This document shows positions 1 through 9,696 of a DNA stretch of 64,000 bases, piece by piece. The stretch's first letter is position 1; each line of letters opens with the position of its first letter. A program made the translations under genes and the position numbers. The notes beneath the pieces are model-generated. The model was not told where the DNA came from. It searched no databases and worked only from the letters and a program-made list of their open reading frames with translations. Source of the stretch: Spirochaetota bacterium. Lineage in GTDB: Bacteria; Spirochaetota; UBA4802; UBA5550. Location of the stretch: NCBI GenBank assembly GCA_963664815.2, contig CAXXHB010000003.1:416001-480000 (forward strand), given 5' to 3'.

Positions 1-119
1 AATGGGTTAAAGCTGTTACATAACCTGTGCTCAGGATAATTTCCGTAACGGTTTTCGGAATTCTTTAATGATCTGAATATTGCGCATAATTCCCCCTCCC
101 TCCGGGTTTAACAGTCCAG

Positions 120-1256
120 TCATTTCAAGCTGATCTCATCAACGAGATCGAGTTTTTTGATGGGAACTGATCCAAGAAGCGCCTGTACCTGTCTGGCATC
201 ACGATAACGTTTTTCCTGCCCGAAGTCTTTCATGTAACCATAACCGCCAAGTATCTGTACGCCATCAGTAACTACCTCGCAAGCCATCTCATGGACAATA
301 AGTGCAGTGGATATGCTGTATATGCCCCAGTCATGGATTTTTGCCTCAATCCCCTGACAGGTTTCTGCCACACACATATCAGCAGCCTTGCTCCGGATTA
401 CCATGTTGCCAAGGATCATCTTTACCTCGCTCCAGTTGATAATCGTCCTGCCCCCCTGTTCCCTTTCCATGGTATAATTGACAGCTTCATTGAGCGAACC
501 CTTCATGATACCGGCCGAGATAGCGGCCGTAGCTACATGCATAGTTCTGGACATCATATCAAAATACTTTTTGCCATCACCTTCATTGCCGATAATTTCA
601 GCCTTTGATTCATCCAGTGTAATATCAATAATGGGACACGCATGGAGTCCGAGACTGACGATGGGGTCACTTTTTATAATGCTGATGTCAGTAAGATCAA
701 CCAGGAAGAAAGAATATCCGGGTTTACCGGCCGATTTCGCAGGAATAATAGCCCATTTGGAGAAATTGCCCAGCACAAGATAATCAAGCTTACCCGTGAT
801 CTTATATTTATTACCTGACAATGTTGCCTGAGGCAGACTGGCTGCCTGGCCGGGATTGAAAAATGAAGGGAAGGCGATGAGATAATCACGTGCAGTATTT
901 GCATTAAGGAATAGCTTTTCGGCTATTTTGTCATCGCCGGCTTCAAGAATGATCTCCTGTGACAGTGAGCTTGTTAAGATAATAAGCGAGTAGGACGCGT
1001 CAACTTCAGCAACGTGTCCGACCATCATACACAGAGCGCTGATTCCCAGTCCAATGCCGCCGTACTTCTCCGGTAACATGATGCCAAGAAATCCAAGGTC
1101 GTATATTTTATGAAAGGCGTTTTCGATAACATCGTCAGTCAGCCTGCCGAAAGGATACCGGTCGTGTTCTCCCACATTCGGTTTAAGTTCTTTTCTGGAA
1201 AACGACGTTATCAGCTCTTCAAATGGCTTCAGGTCTTTATTCAATGCGGTAATCAT
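120..1256 (-). CDS. Acyl-CoA dehydrogenase family protein, probable non-catalytic subunit
   Basis: ACAD motifs (LPEKYGGIGLG, REQGGRTII, GVQILGGYGYMKDF...YRDAR). C-terminal catalytic Glu absent (QALLGS in place of IYEGT). Start moved to ATG 1256, which has an AGGAGG RBS; the ORF-track start at 1412 overlaps the upstream gene. Confidence 0.88.
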   Translation of the reverse strand: MITALNKDLKPFEELITSFSRKELKPNVGEHDRYPFGRLTDDVIENAFHKIYDLGFLGIMLPEKYGGIGLGISALCMMVGHVAEVDASYSLIILTSSLSQEIILEAGDDKIAEKLFLNANTARDYLIAFPSFFNPGQAASLPQATLSGNKYKITGKLDYLVLGNFSKWAIIPAKSAGKPGYSFFLVDLTDISIIKSDPIVSLGLHACPIIDITLDESKAEIIGNEGDGKKYFDMMSRTMHVATAAISAGIMKGSLNEAVNYTMEREQGGRTIINWSEVKMILGNMVIRSKAADMCVAETCQGIEAKIHDWGIYSISTALIVHEMACEVVTDGVQILGGYGYMKDFGQEKRYRDARQVQALLGSVPIKKLDLVDEISLK

Positions 1257-1269
1257 GGTTTTAGCCTCC

Positions 1270-2775
1270 TTATTCTTTAAATAACCCTGCATGCGGACAT
1301 GCAGGAGCGGCAATGAGACTCTTGAATACATTAAGCCGGTTAAGCTGATTGGTGCCTTCATAGATCTGGAGAAGCTTGGCATCGCGCAGAATCTTCTCAA
1401 TGTACCGGTCACTTCTCATTCCCGCTGCGCCCATAAGTTCAATGGCAATCTGACAATTTTTTACACCAATATCCGTTCCTGTAAACTTGGCCATGGATGC
1501 GACTCCAGTACAAAGATGCTGGTCCTCCCGATTTTGCAAATCAAGGTAATATTTGCTCATAAGCCAGATACTGAATGAGGTGGAAAGAAGCGGAGACATA
1601 GCTTTAAAAAAGATCTTCGGAAAATGTTTTAAGAAGTAATAAACAGGTTTCATCTGAAGCAGGTTCAGCATCCCGCGGTGAGAATTTGCTGTAACAGAAT
1701 CGATCCATGCAAGCCTGCCGATCCTGGCGTTCGTGTACATTTCAGCAAGCCTGCACTGAACCCACTCATAGTCAACCATGGGAATGCCGTTCAGTTCAGT
1801 TTCAATGCAGTGCTTAAGAGCAACTTCGTAGGCACCACGGGCGGCACCTGTACCGAATGTGCTGACACCGGGTCGTGACCCGCACCAGAAATAGTCGAGA
1901 TGTCGCATGATTATATCGCGGGCAGGCTGTTTTGTAAATTTGCGCAATTTATCCGGATCAAACACAACCAGTTCATCCGGGACAAAACAATCATCGAATA
2001 TGACCTCACTGGCCGGACAGATGCGCTGGCCCATCTTGTTCTCGTGAGAACCAAACGATAATCCCTTCATCCCATCCCTGACCATCATGACAACCATGGA
2101 ATCACCGGCCCTTTTCAGATCGGAAAAGGAGTAAACGATGGTCCACTTTGAAACGTGTCCGTTAGAGATGAAAACTTTCGTCCCGTTTAGAATATATCCT
2201 CCTTTGACTTTTTTTGCATAACAGGACATTTTTCCTTTATCCATAAGATCGACTTCCTCTATGTCGGTTCCTGCTCCGGGTTCGGTGAGTGATAGAGATA
2301 CGAGGCAGGGATCGCCTGACTTTTCTCCATGCAGCACTTCGTTAATTACCTTTTTTATTACCCTGGTGTTACAGCCCATCAGGAGACATATAAAACCGAG
2401 ATAATGAACGCCGATAACATTTGCTATGCCGACATCGACTGATGCGATCTCCTCCAGGAAATAGTAGATGGATGTAATACTGAAACCTTTGCCTCCGAAG
2501 AGTCTGGGTATCCACATGGTGTAAAGACCCCATTCGTTGGCTTTTTTAACAAGTTCCCACGGAAAATAATCCGGATCTTCAAAGGTTTTGCGGTCGAGTT
2601 CGAGAGACATCGGCCTGACTACCTCTTCATTAAACTTACGGGCAAAGGCAATTACTTTATGAGTCTCCTTAATCATGGCCCTGGGCATGCGCGGGGCATA
2701 GTTAAGAGCAAGAGAAATATCATTGAAGTCCGGAAAACCTGATACGAATGAATTAATCTGTGAATGCTTAATCAT
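1270..2775 (-). CDS. Acyl-CoA dehydrogenase with a long internal insertion
   Basis: LTEPGAGTD, LNGTKVFISNG, KMGQR, LRDAKLLQIYEGTNQ motifs. Confidence 0.92.
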   Translation of the reverse strand: MIKHSQINSFVSGFPDFNDISLALNYAPRMPRAMIKETHKVIAFARKFNEEVVRPMSLELDRKTFEDPDYFPWELVKKANEWGLYTMWIPRLFGGKGFSITSIYYFLEEIASVDVGIANVIGVHYLGFICLLMGCNTRVIKKVINEVLHGEKSGDPCLVSLSLTEPGAGTDIEEVDLMDKGKMSCYAKKVKGGYILNGTKVFISNGHVSKWTIVYSFSDLKRAGDSMVVMMVRDGMKGLSFGSHENKMGQRICPASEVIFDDCFVPDELVVFDPDKLRKFTKQPARDIIMRHLDYFWCGSRPGVSTFGTGAARGAYEVALKHCIETELNGIPMVDYEWVQCRLAEMYTNARIGRLAWIDSVTANSHRGMLNLLQMKPVYYFLKHFPKIFFKAMSPLLSTSFSIWLMSKYYLDLQNREDQHLCTGVASMAKFTGTDIGVKNCQIAIELMGAAGMRSDRYIEKILRDAKLLQIYEGTNQLNRLNVFKSLIAAPACPHAGLFKE

Positions 2776-2860
2776 GGAATACCCCTTTAATTATATAATG
2801 GTATTGATAAAAAATTCCCACCGGCTGTTTTCAATAGCCGTGAAAATTATGCTTAGTTGA

Positions 2861-4204
2861 TCAGCTCTTATTGCTTCTGCGCCATAATTTAAGATTTTCC
2901 GCTTCCCTGAATAACTGCTCCCTGAAGTCCGGATGCGAAATGCTGATGATCCGTTCTGCTCTTTCCCATATTGTTGCACCCTTGAGTGTAACCATGCCAT
3001 ACTCCGTTACTACTTTATGCACACTTGATCTCGGATCAGTTACTCCTGTTCCTGAATTGAGGGCCGATACTATTCTTGAACCGATTGTTCCGTCTTTCTT
3101 TTTGTAAGTTGCCGGACATGCTATTATTGATTGTCCGTTTTTAGACCGGTATGCGCCAAAGACAAAATCAAGCTGGCCTCCTGTACCTGAAATCTGTCTT
3201 GTACCCATTGTTTCCGAGTTTATCTGACCGGTGATATCCATTTCCAGGCAGCCGTTTATGGAAACCACGTTGTCGTTCAGTCCGATAATGTGCGGATCAT
3301 TGGTGTAATCTACCGGACAGGAATGTGCATCGGTACAGGTGTAAATGAAATCTACAAAAGCACGGGTACCGACTCCCAGGCAGTATGTCATTTTACCTTT
3401 ATCGATCTGTTTCTTTTTTCCTGTCACAAGACCTGCCTGGTAGAGTTTCATAATGCTGTCAGTCAGCATTTCGGTGTGGACTCCAAGATCTTTCAAATCA
3501 GACTTTGCAAGGAGGGATGTGACTGCAAATGGTGTATTGCCGTAACCGATCTGCAGACAGGCTCCGTCACCAATAGCGCTGTATATATGACCTGCTATTT
3601 TCTCATCAATTTCTGTAGGTACCGGATCCGGAAGTTCGCCGAAAGCAGGATTTTCTCCCTCTACAATATAATCCACTTCTGAAATATGAATTTTACAGTC
3701 AGGATGAGCACTTGCAACCGGCCTCATGTTTGTATTAATTTCGGCAACAAATACTCTGGAACCATCTACCAGTCCCTTCCCATAGGCCGGGCAGTTTCCG
3801 AAATGAAAGTAACCTTCATTGTCCATCGGAGATACCATCCGTGAGCCCACATCTACCCGCAGATCTCCCTTGCGGTACATCAGCGGGTATTCATAGAACA
3901 GAGCAGGATGCGGGTTCATGTTTTCATGTTTTATCATTATTCTCTCAATCGGTCCTACAAATATAGGGGTGCTTATAAATGAACGGCATTCAGAATCAGC
4001 CTGTACATACTTCCACACTCCGACCCTTTGCATGCACCTGACCTTGACATCGCTCAATTCATTAACACGTCTGGCAAGCTCCCTGTCCATTAACTCTCCG
4101 CAGGCATTGTAACCATAAAGATCTACTGTGTCGCCGGACTTAACCAGATTTCCCGCCTGTTCCGGAGTGATTAGTTTGCTTTGATATTCATGTTGATGCT
4201 GCAT
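2861..4204 (-). CDS. Acetyl-CoA hydrolase / 4-hydroxybutyrate CoA-transferase family protein
   Basis: CLQIGYG, DLGVHTEM (catalytic Glu), QISGTGGQLDF, VVTEYG motifs. Confidence 0.92.
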   Translation of the reverse strand: MQHQHEYQSKLITPEQAGNLVKSGDTVDLYGYNACGELMDRELARRVNELSDVKVRCMQRVGVWKYVQADSECRSFISTPIFVGPIERIMIKHENMNPHPALFYEYPLMYRKGDLRVDVGSRMVSPMDNEGYFHFGNCPAYGKGLVDGSRVFVAEINTNMRPVASAHPDCKIHISEVDYIVEGENPAFGELPDPVPTEIDEKIAGHIYSAIGDGACLQIGYGNTPFAVTSLLAKSDLKDLGVHTEMLTDSIMKLYQAGLVTGKKKQIDKGKMTYCLGVGTRAFVDFIYTCTDAHSCPVDYTNDPHIIGLNDNVVSINGCLEMDITGQINSETMGTRQISGTGGQLDFVFGAYRSKNGQSIIACPATYKKKDGTIGSRIVSALNSGTGVTDPRSSVHKVVTEYGMVTLKGATIWERAERIISISHPDFREQLFREAENLKLWRRSNKS

Positions 4205-4226
4205 TTTCGTTGCTCCTTTTAATTAT

Positions 4227-5015
4227 TTATATTTGTTTTATAATTTGCATTTCAGCCTTTTTACGCATAACATAACTCAAAATAGAAAAAGGAATAATGC
4301 CATATCTCATGTTCATCAGCAGCTTGTTTAACGGACGGTCCATCAGCCAGTGAACACGGGTACTGCATGCAGCTTTTAATACTGTTTTTGCGACATCCTC
4401 CGCGGTTATTGAAACTCTAACATTATCAATAAGTCCATGCGGGTTCTGTTGCACCATTGGTGTACTGACAAAATTCGGCATAATATCACAAACGTGTATG
4501 CCGTATCGCTGCCATTCCATATTTAATGCCTCCGTGAATCCTCTCACCCAGAACTTTGATGCAGAATATGCTGTCAGAGCGGGTGCAGCAATTATAGAAG
4601 AGGCAGATGCCATATTAATCACATGCGATTCTCTGGTATTCTTCAGATAGGGAAATGCATGATACGCACAGTTGAGAACACCCTTATTGTTTATATTGAG
4701 AATTGCATGCTGATCTTTCAGAGAAATATCTTCAAAATTATTAATTCGAAGTACACCCGCGTTATTGAATAATACATCAAATTTGCCGCCGGCTGCGGCG
4801 TTAAAATCAGATAATACGGAGGCAACCATCTTTTCATCTGTAACATCCAGATGTGCAGAAAAACCGGTTTTTCCCTTTAAATGCCTTTTAAGCAGATGCA
4901 GACCCCTTTTATTCACATCGGAGATTCCGACAAACCATCCTTTATCAGCAAACAGGATTGCCACCTCCCTGCCTATTCCGGCTGCGGCCCCGGTAATAAA
5001 TATGCTTTTCTTCAA
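4227..5015 (-). CDS. Short-chain dehydrogenase/reductase
   Basis: TGAAAGIG, NNAG, YSASK; TTG start. Confidence 0.92.
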   Translation of the reverse strand: MKKSIFITGAAAGIGREVAILFADKGWFVGISDVNKRGLHLLKRHLKGKTGFSAHLDVTDEKMVASVLSDFNAAAGGKFDVLFNNAGVLRINNFEDISLKDQHAILNINNKGVLNCAYHAFPYLKNTRESHVINMASASSIIAAPALTAYSASKFWVRGFTEALNMEWQRYGIHVCDIMPNFVSTPMVQQNPHGLIDNVRVSITAEDVAKTVLKAACSTRVHWLMDRPLNKLLMNMRYGIIPFSILSYVMRKKAEMQIIKQI

Positions 5016-5110
5016 ATTTATGCCTCTCTCTTTAATTGTTACCTGCTTCTGTATGCAGGAATAAAAATATCATCTTCAGAAATTCCGCTTAAAGATTTTA
5101 TAACATTTAA

Positions 5111-5190
5111 ATATTATGTAACTCATCTGTGTTAAACAGTCTTCTACTGGGTTAAGATAGATCGAACAATATAAATCTGGTTAATCTTTA
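5111..5190 (-). promoter_or_regulatory. Duplicated ~80-bp upstream element, copy 1 (upstream of SDR 5015)
   Basis: ATATTATGTAACTCATCT...CAGTCTTCTACTGG.TTAAGATA... aligns without gaps to 6320-6399. Confidence 0.7.
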
Positions 5191-5309
5191 TTGAGCAGCA
5201 GCTTCAAATGCAGAAAATATTTATGGAGAGAAGAAGGTAATTGATGGATATCATTCAAAATATTATTTAAGTAAATAATAAACAACGGGGAAGTTAAACA
5301 AAAAATCTG

Positions 5310-6185
5310 TTATTTTTGTAAGTTTAAATGCTGCTTGTTATTCTCAAGTAAGCGGATCATTTTATGGATATATTTATCACTGTCTATGATGCGATCTGTA
5401 GCCATGCTGAAAATTCCCCTGAACATTGATATGGGAGCCCATCGCTTTGGTGAGATGATGCGGGCTCTGCGGGATTCAACGCCGGCCACTACTGCGGCTG
5501 CTATAACATCGGGTTTAACCGGTTTTCTTAAATGGCCGGGAAATCCATGTTTGAGTAGATCTGTTGCTATAATGTTGCCTCCAAAAACAACTTCAGCAAT
5601 CGGAGTATCAACCCATCCCGGGAAAAGCACTCCTGCTGTAGCTCCTGTGCCCGCAAGCTCTGCACGTAACGTTCTGCCAAGCATTTCCACTGCCGCTTTT
5701 GAAGCTGCATAAGGTGCATTTATCATGCCGTTACAGAAAGCATAGATGGACGATGTTATCAATATATGACCTTTGGATTCAATGATGTGAGGGAGGCAAG
5801 CCTTGATGGTGTACCATACACCGAACAGATCAACATTGATAACCTTTTCGAACTCGTCGCAGCTGATTGTCAGAAGCGTCGTGGGATTGTTTGAGGTACT
5901 TGCGGAAATCCCCGCGTTTGCAAATGCCATGTCAAGTTTTCCAAATTTGCTGATAGCTTTATTCACCACTGATTCTGTCTCCGGCATACTGGTGACATCC
6001 ATTACAATTGGTAATACCCGCTCATTTTTCATTGAGAATGATATGCTGTCAAGTGCATCTTGATTCAGGTCAGTCAGAATAAGATTCGCACCATGAGCGT
6101 AAAATGCATCCGCAACTGCTTTACCAATTCCGCCAGATGCGCCGGTAATCAGTACTGTTTTTCCTTTCAGATTGAATGATGTCAT
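5310..6185 (-). CDS. Short-chain dehydrogenase/reductase
   Basis: TGASGGIG, ANAG, YAASK. Confidence 0.92.
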   Translation of the reverse strand: MTSFNLKGKTVLITGASGGIGKAVADAFYAHGANLILTDLNQDALDSISFSMKNERVLPIVMDVTSMPETESVVNKAISKFGKLDMAFANAGISASTSNNPTTLLTISCDEFEKVINVDLFGVWYTIKACLPHIIESKGHILITSSIYAFCNGMINAPYAASKAAVEMLGRTLRAELAGTGATAGVLFPGWVDTPIAEVVFGGNIIATDLLKHGFPGHLRKPVKPDVIAAAVVAGVESRRARIISPKRWAPISMFRGIFSMATDRIIDSDKYIHKMIRLLENNKQHLNLQK

Positions 6186-6319
6186 AATTTTTATTCTCCA
6201 TTGATTCTATAGCTAAAACCGCTTTTTTCAACATACTGCATAAAAATAACACGGCATATATTGTGCCGGTGCTAATATCTGTTTTATTACATTTTCTGGT
6301 TAAAATATTTTACCTGTTT

Positions 6320-6399
6320 ATATTATGTAACTCATCTCTATGATGCAGTCTTCTACTGGATTAAGATAAGCTGAATAATATAAATACGGTTAATTTTTT
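6320..6399 (-). promoter_or_regulatory. Duplicated ~80-bp upstream element, copy 2 (between SDR and the divergent AraC gene)
   Basis: Same sequence as 5111-5190 with scattered substitutions. Confidence 0.7.
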
Positions 6400-6484
6400 A
6401 TCAACTGCTCTGTCAAAACAGGGATATCAATAAATTAAAAATTTAATTGATTTTAATTTTAAATGATGAAAAATTATAAGCATC

Positions 6485-8098
6485 ATGAATACTGTTTTCC
6501 GGAAATTAATGTTCACTGGTATACTGATTTTTTTTGTTTCAGCAGTACCCGGCTGTATAAAGCATCCACCCGAAAAACATGCTGTAAATATTTCCGGCAA
6601 ATGGAAGATAATTAATGAAGATAATTTGAAATTTTCGAAGTCTGAATATGATGATTCTGATGCTGCTGTTATTGATCTCCCCGGAAACTGGATGAATTTA
6701 ATCCAAAAAAGTGAATCAATGACAACCCTGTTATGGTTGAGAAAAGCAGTTTATATTGATGATTCTTTTTCAAATTCAGAGCTTATACTGGAGTTAGGGA
6801 AGATCAGTGTGGCTGAAGAGGTATATTTTAACGGGTGTTTTATAGGGAGTACAGGTGGCATGCCTAAAGGTAATAAAACTATTGATTACCGCTTTGCCTG
6901 GCAAACTCCCAGATATTATCTGATACCAAAATTTCTAATTAAGTTCAATCAAAAAAATATTATATCAATCCGGGTATTTTCTCATGTAATAAATGGTGTA
7001 ACCGGAAATCTGCAAATCAGTGAAATGTGGAACGAATATCCGTACAGGTTAGGGGATTTAATGCCGGTTATGATTAATTATTTTTCTATAATAATTAATA
7101 TGTTTTTTTTATTTTTGTTCTTCATCCAATATTCCTATGACAGATCGAGATTGCTGTTTTTATATCTGGCTTTAACAGCCATGTCAGATGTTGTTTTAAG
7201 CCTCTGTGTTGTAAATTTTCCTTTCTATATAAGCGGTATGATCCGCTATAAAACGTTATTTATTGCGTATTCCTCCATTAATGTTTTGATGGCGCTGTTT
7301 ATGCAGGAGGTCTTTAATAGAAGATATAAGCATTCAACCTTGATTTTATTATTATTTTACTGCTTAAGCATAACCATTATTATTTTACCACAGACAACAA
7401 GAGTATATATAGGATATACCAGAATAGCAGTAACGATCTTTGCATTTGCATGCCAGGTGTATGCAATTACCGGTTTACTTTTATCAATAATAAAAAATCT
7501 TCATAAATACTGGCTTTTTTTATTTGTAGTACCGGTAGTACTGTCGACATTACGCAATGCCTATTATTTATTAATAATGAATTATGATGCAATATATATA
7601 TCTATATTCCTTCATGTCCCTATAATAATAACGATTTTTATTTTATTTTTATTTTATGATTTTGATTCGCAGAAACGAATTAATGAAACGATATTCCAGT
7701 CAATGAGAAAGAAGGCGCAGAGACTTCAGTATAACCTTTCCAGATCAAAGAAAACAAATGCAAAACTTCAGCCTAATGAAATAATATACAACCTGATCGA
7801 TTACATTGATATGAATTTTACCAAAACGTACAACAGAGCCGAACTGTCGAAGCAGTTTGGATTAAATGAAAACTATATGCTGCAGCTTTTTAAAAAAACA
7901 ACAGGTAAAACAATATCAAATTATATTAATACGAAACGCATTGATAAGTCCATTGAAATGATGGGTGAAAAAGATATTAAAATGATAGATATTGCGTATA
8001 ATATCGGCTTTGAAAATTACAATTTCTTTCACCGGCTCTTTAAACAGAAGACAGGTATGAGTCCGGGGCTTTTCCGGAAAAAATTTATAATTAAATAG
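6485..8098 (+). CDS. Membrane-anchored AraC regulator: extracytoplasmic jelly-roll (7TM-DISM-like) domain + ~7 TM + AraC HTH
   Basis: N-terminal signal/possible lipobox (VPGC); ISGKWK...WLRK...VYFNG jelly-roll pattern; hydrophobic helices; C-terminal LFKKTTG...IAYNIGFENYNFFHRLFKQKTGMSP. Confidence 0.88.
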   Translation: MNTVFRKLMFTGILIFFVSAVPGCIKHPPEKHAVNISGKWKIINEDNLKFSKSEYDDSDAAVIDLPGNWMNLIQKSESMTTLLWLRKAVYIDDSFSNSELILELGKISVAEEVYFNGCFIGSTGGMPKGNKTIDYRFAWQTPRYYLIPKFLIKFNQKNIISIRVFSHVINGVTGNLQISEMWNEYPYRLGDLMPVMINYFSIIINMFFLFLFFIQYSYDRSRLLFLYLALTAMSDVVLSLCVVNFPFYISGMIRYKTLFIAYSSINVLMALFMQEVFNRRYKHSTLILLLFYCLSITIIILPQTTRVYIGYTRIAVTIFAFACQVYAITGLLLSIIKNLHKYWLFLFVVPVVLSTLRNAYYLLIMNYDAIYISIFLHVPIIITIFILFLFYDFDSQKRINETIFQSMRKKAQRLQYNLSRSKKTNAKLQPNEIIYNLIDYIDMNFTKTYNRAELSKQFGLNENYMLQLFKKTTGKTISNYINTKRIDKSIEMMGEKDIKMIDIAYNIGFENYNFFHRLFKQKTGMSPGLFRKKFIIK

Positions 8099-8159
8099 AA
8101 TATTATCTTTTTATCTTTCTCCCTGTTCCGGGAATCGGAGCACTCATGCAGGTTTTGTA

Positions 8160-9179
8160 CTAAAAATACTGTAAATCATTCAATCTGAAATACAGCCTGC
8201 CATGTTTAACGCGAGACTTGACAAACCCGTCCCGCTCCAGCACCTGCATGTGGGAATAAACCTCTGATACCAGGAGATACACCTCAAGAGGAAGCCGTTT
8301 TTTATCGATGTTCGGGAAAAGCTCTCTTCCAATACGATAAACAGTATTTTCGCCATTTTTCAGAATATTGATGATATTTTTCAGTCTCATTTTATATTGT
8401 TCTCTGAACATATCAGTTGTTGTATGCAAATCCATTATCAGCTTTCCGTGAGCCGGGCATGTAATAAGCGGAAAAAGCTGTTCAATTTTTGTGATTGAAT
8501 TATAATATTCTATCTGGCTCAGCCGGCCGGGCATAACTTTCCCCGGTTCGAGCATCACAAACGCGTTTGGTGTTATATGCTCAAGGACATGGTCACCTGC
8601 AAAAAGTATTCTTTCGTTTTTCAGAAAAAGACATATCGAGCCCCTCGTGTGTCCCGGGGTTGAGACGACCGTTGCCTCGTAATCGCCGATTGTAATACTC
8701 TCTCCATCGGATAAAAATCTGTCGACGCTGCATTTCTCGGCCAGAGATTTTATGACAGAATTAACAAGCAGAAGAGAAAGCTTAAATATAAATGGTATCC
8801 CCATAATTCTGAAATACTTAAATAGCTGTCCGGCTGGAACCTCAAATCCGTATTTAATGAGATCGAGATCTTCGGAATTTGCTGCGATATCTGTATGCGA
8901 GCCCGATCCGGTCTGTATTTTTTTTGCGGCTCCAAAATGGTCAACATGTCCATGTGTCAGGATTATCTGCCGTATGTCGGAAAAAGCTACTCCGATTTCC
9001 GATAACGCTTTATCAAGGATATCCGCTGTTTTCAGGGTTCCGGTATCGATTAATGTCACGACTTTCCCCTTTACAAGATATACATTTACAGGTCCCGGTT
9101 TATTCCCGGGAAGAGGTAAAATTATCCGGTAAATATTTTTATAAATTTCCTGTACCCTTGATTTAACAGTTATTTCCAT
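8160..9179 (-). CDS. MBL-fold metallo-hydrolase
   Basis: THGHVDH, PGHT, AGDH, PAHG metal-binding motifs; C-terminal winged-helix-like extension. Confidence 0.9.
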   Translation of the reverse strand: MEITVKSRVQEIYKNIYRIILPLPGNKPGPVNVYLVKGKVVTLIDTGTLKTADILDKALSEIGVAFSDIRQIILTHGHVDHFGAAKKIQTGSGSHTDIAANSEDLDLIKYGFEVPAGQLFKYFRIMGIPFIFKLSLLLVNSVIKSLAEKCSVDRFLSDGESITIGDYEATVVSTPGHTRGSICLFLKNERILFAGDHVLEHITPNAFVMLEPGKVMPGRLSQIEYYNSITKIEQLFPLITCPAHGKLIMDLHTTTDMFREQYKMRLKNIINILKNGENTVYRIGRELFPNIDKKRLPLEVYLLVSEVYSHMQVLERDGFVKSRVKHGRLYFRLNDLQYF

Positions 9180-9696
9180 AAAACTATTATATAGATACTG
9201 TCAATGATAGTCAATCCACTCATTTATTCCATCTTCAAATTAATGATTATTTATGATTTCCGGGTATTCAACATTAAGTAAAGCATAACTAAAAAATATA
9301 AGTAATTCCATTTGTACTGAAACATGAATCGACGTAGTCATTTATCATTACAACCGCCTTTAATCATTATTTTATTTACAGGTATTGAACGGATTCAAAT
9401 CTGATTTAAAAAAAGACTTGTCGTTGACTTTTTATCAGGTACTGAAAAATGTGATCTATTGATCGTTGGATTTAAAAAGTTGCTTAACTATATACCTGCA
9501 ATATCAGGGGGAATATTAATATTTTATTACCAATTTAGAGATATTAAATCAGTTATTTAAAAAATAAATTAAATTGAGAATGCTTTGCAATTTAAGTAAT
9601 ATGACGGTTTGAGGGAAAATCTCAAGGACATGAGATATCCGGTTTTGCGGATCGGTGATAGCGGCAAAATTCCAGAGAAAAAACAGGAGTTTTACG

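Noticed and set aside
1-100. ATG at 87 (- strand) with a G-rich RBS as the next operon gene
   Set aside because: The frame closes after 18 codons; no supportable product
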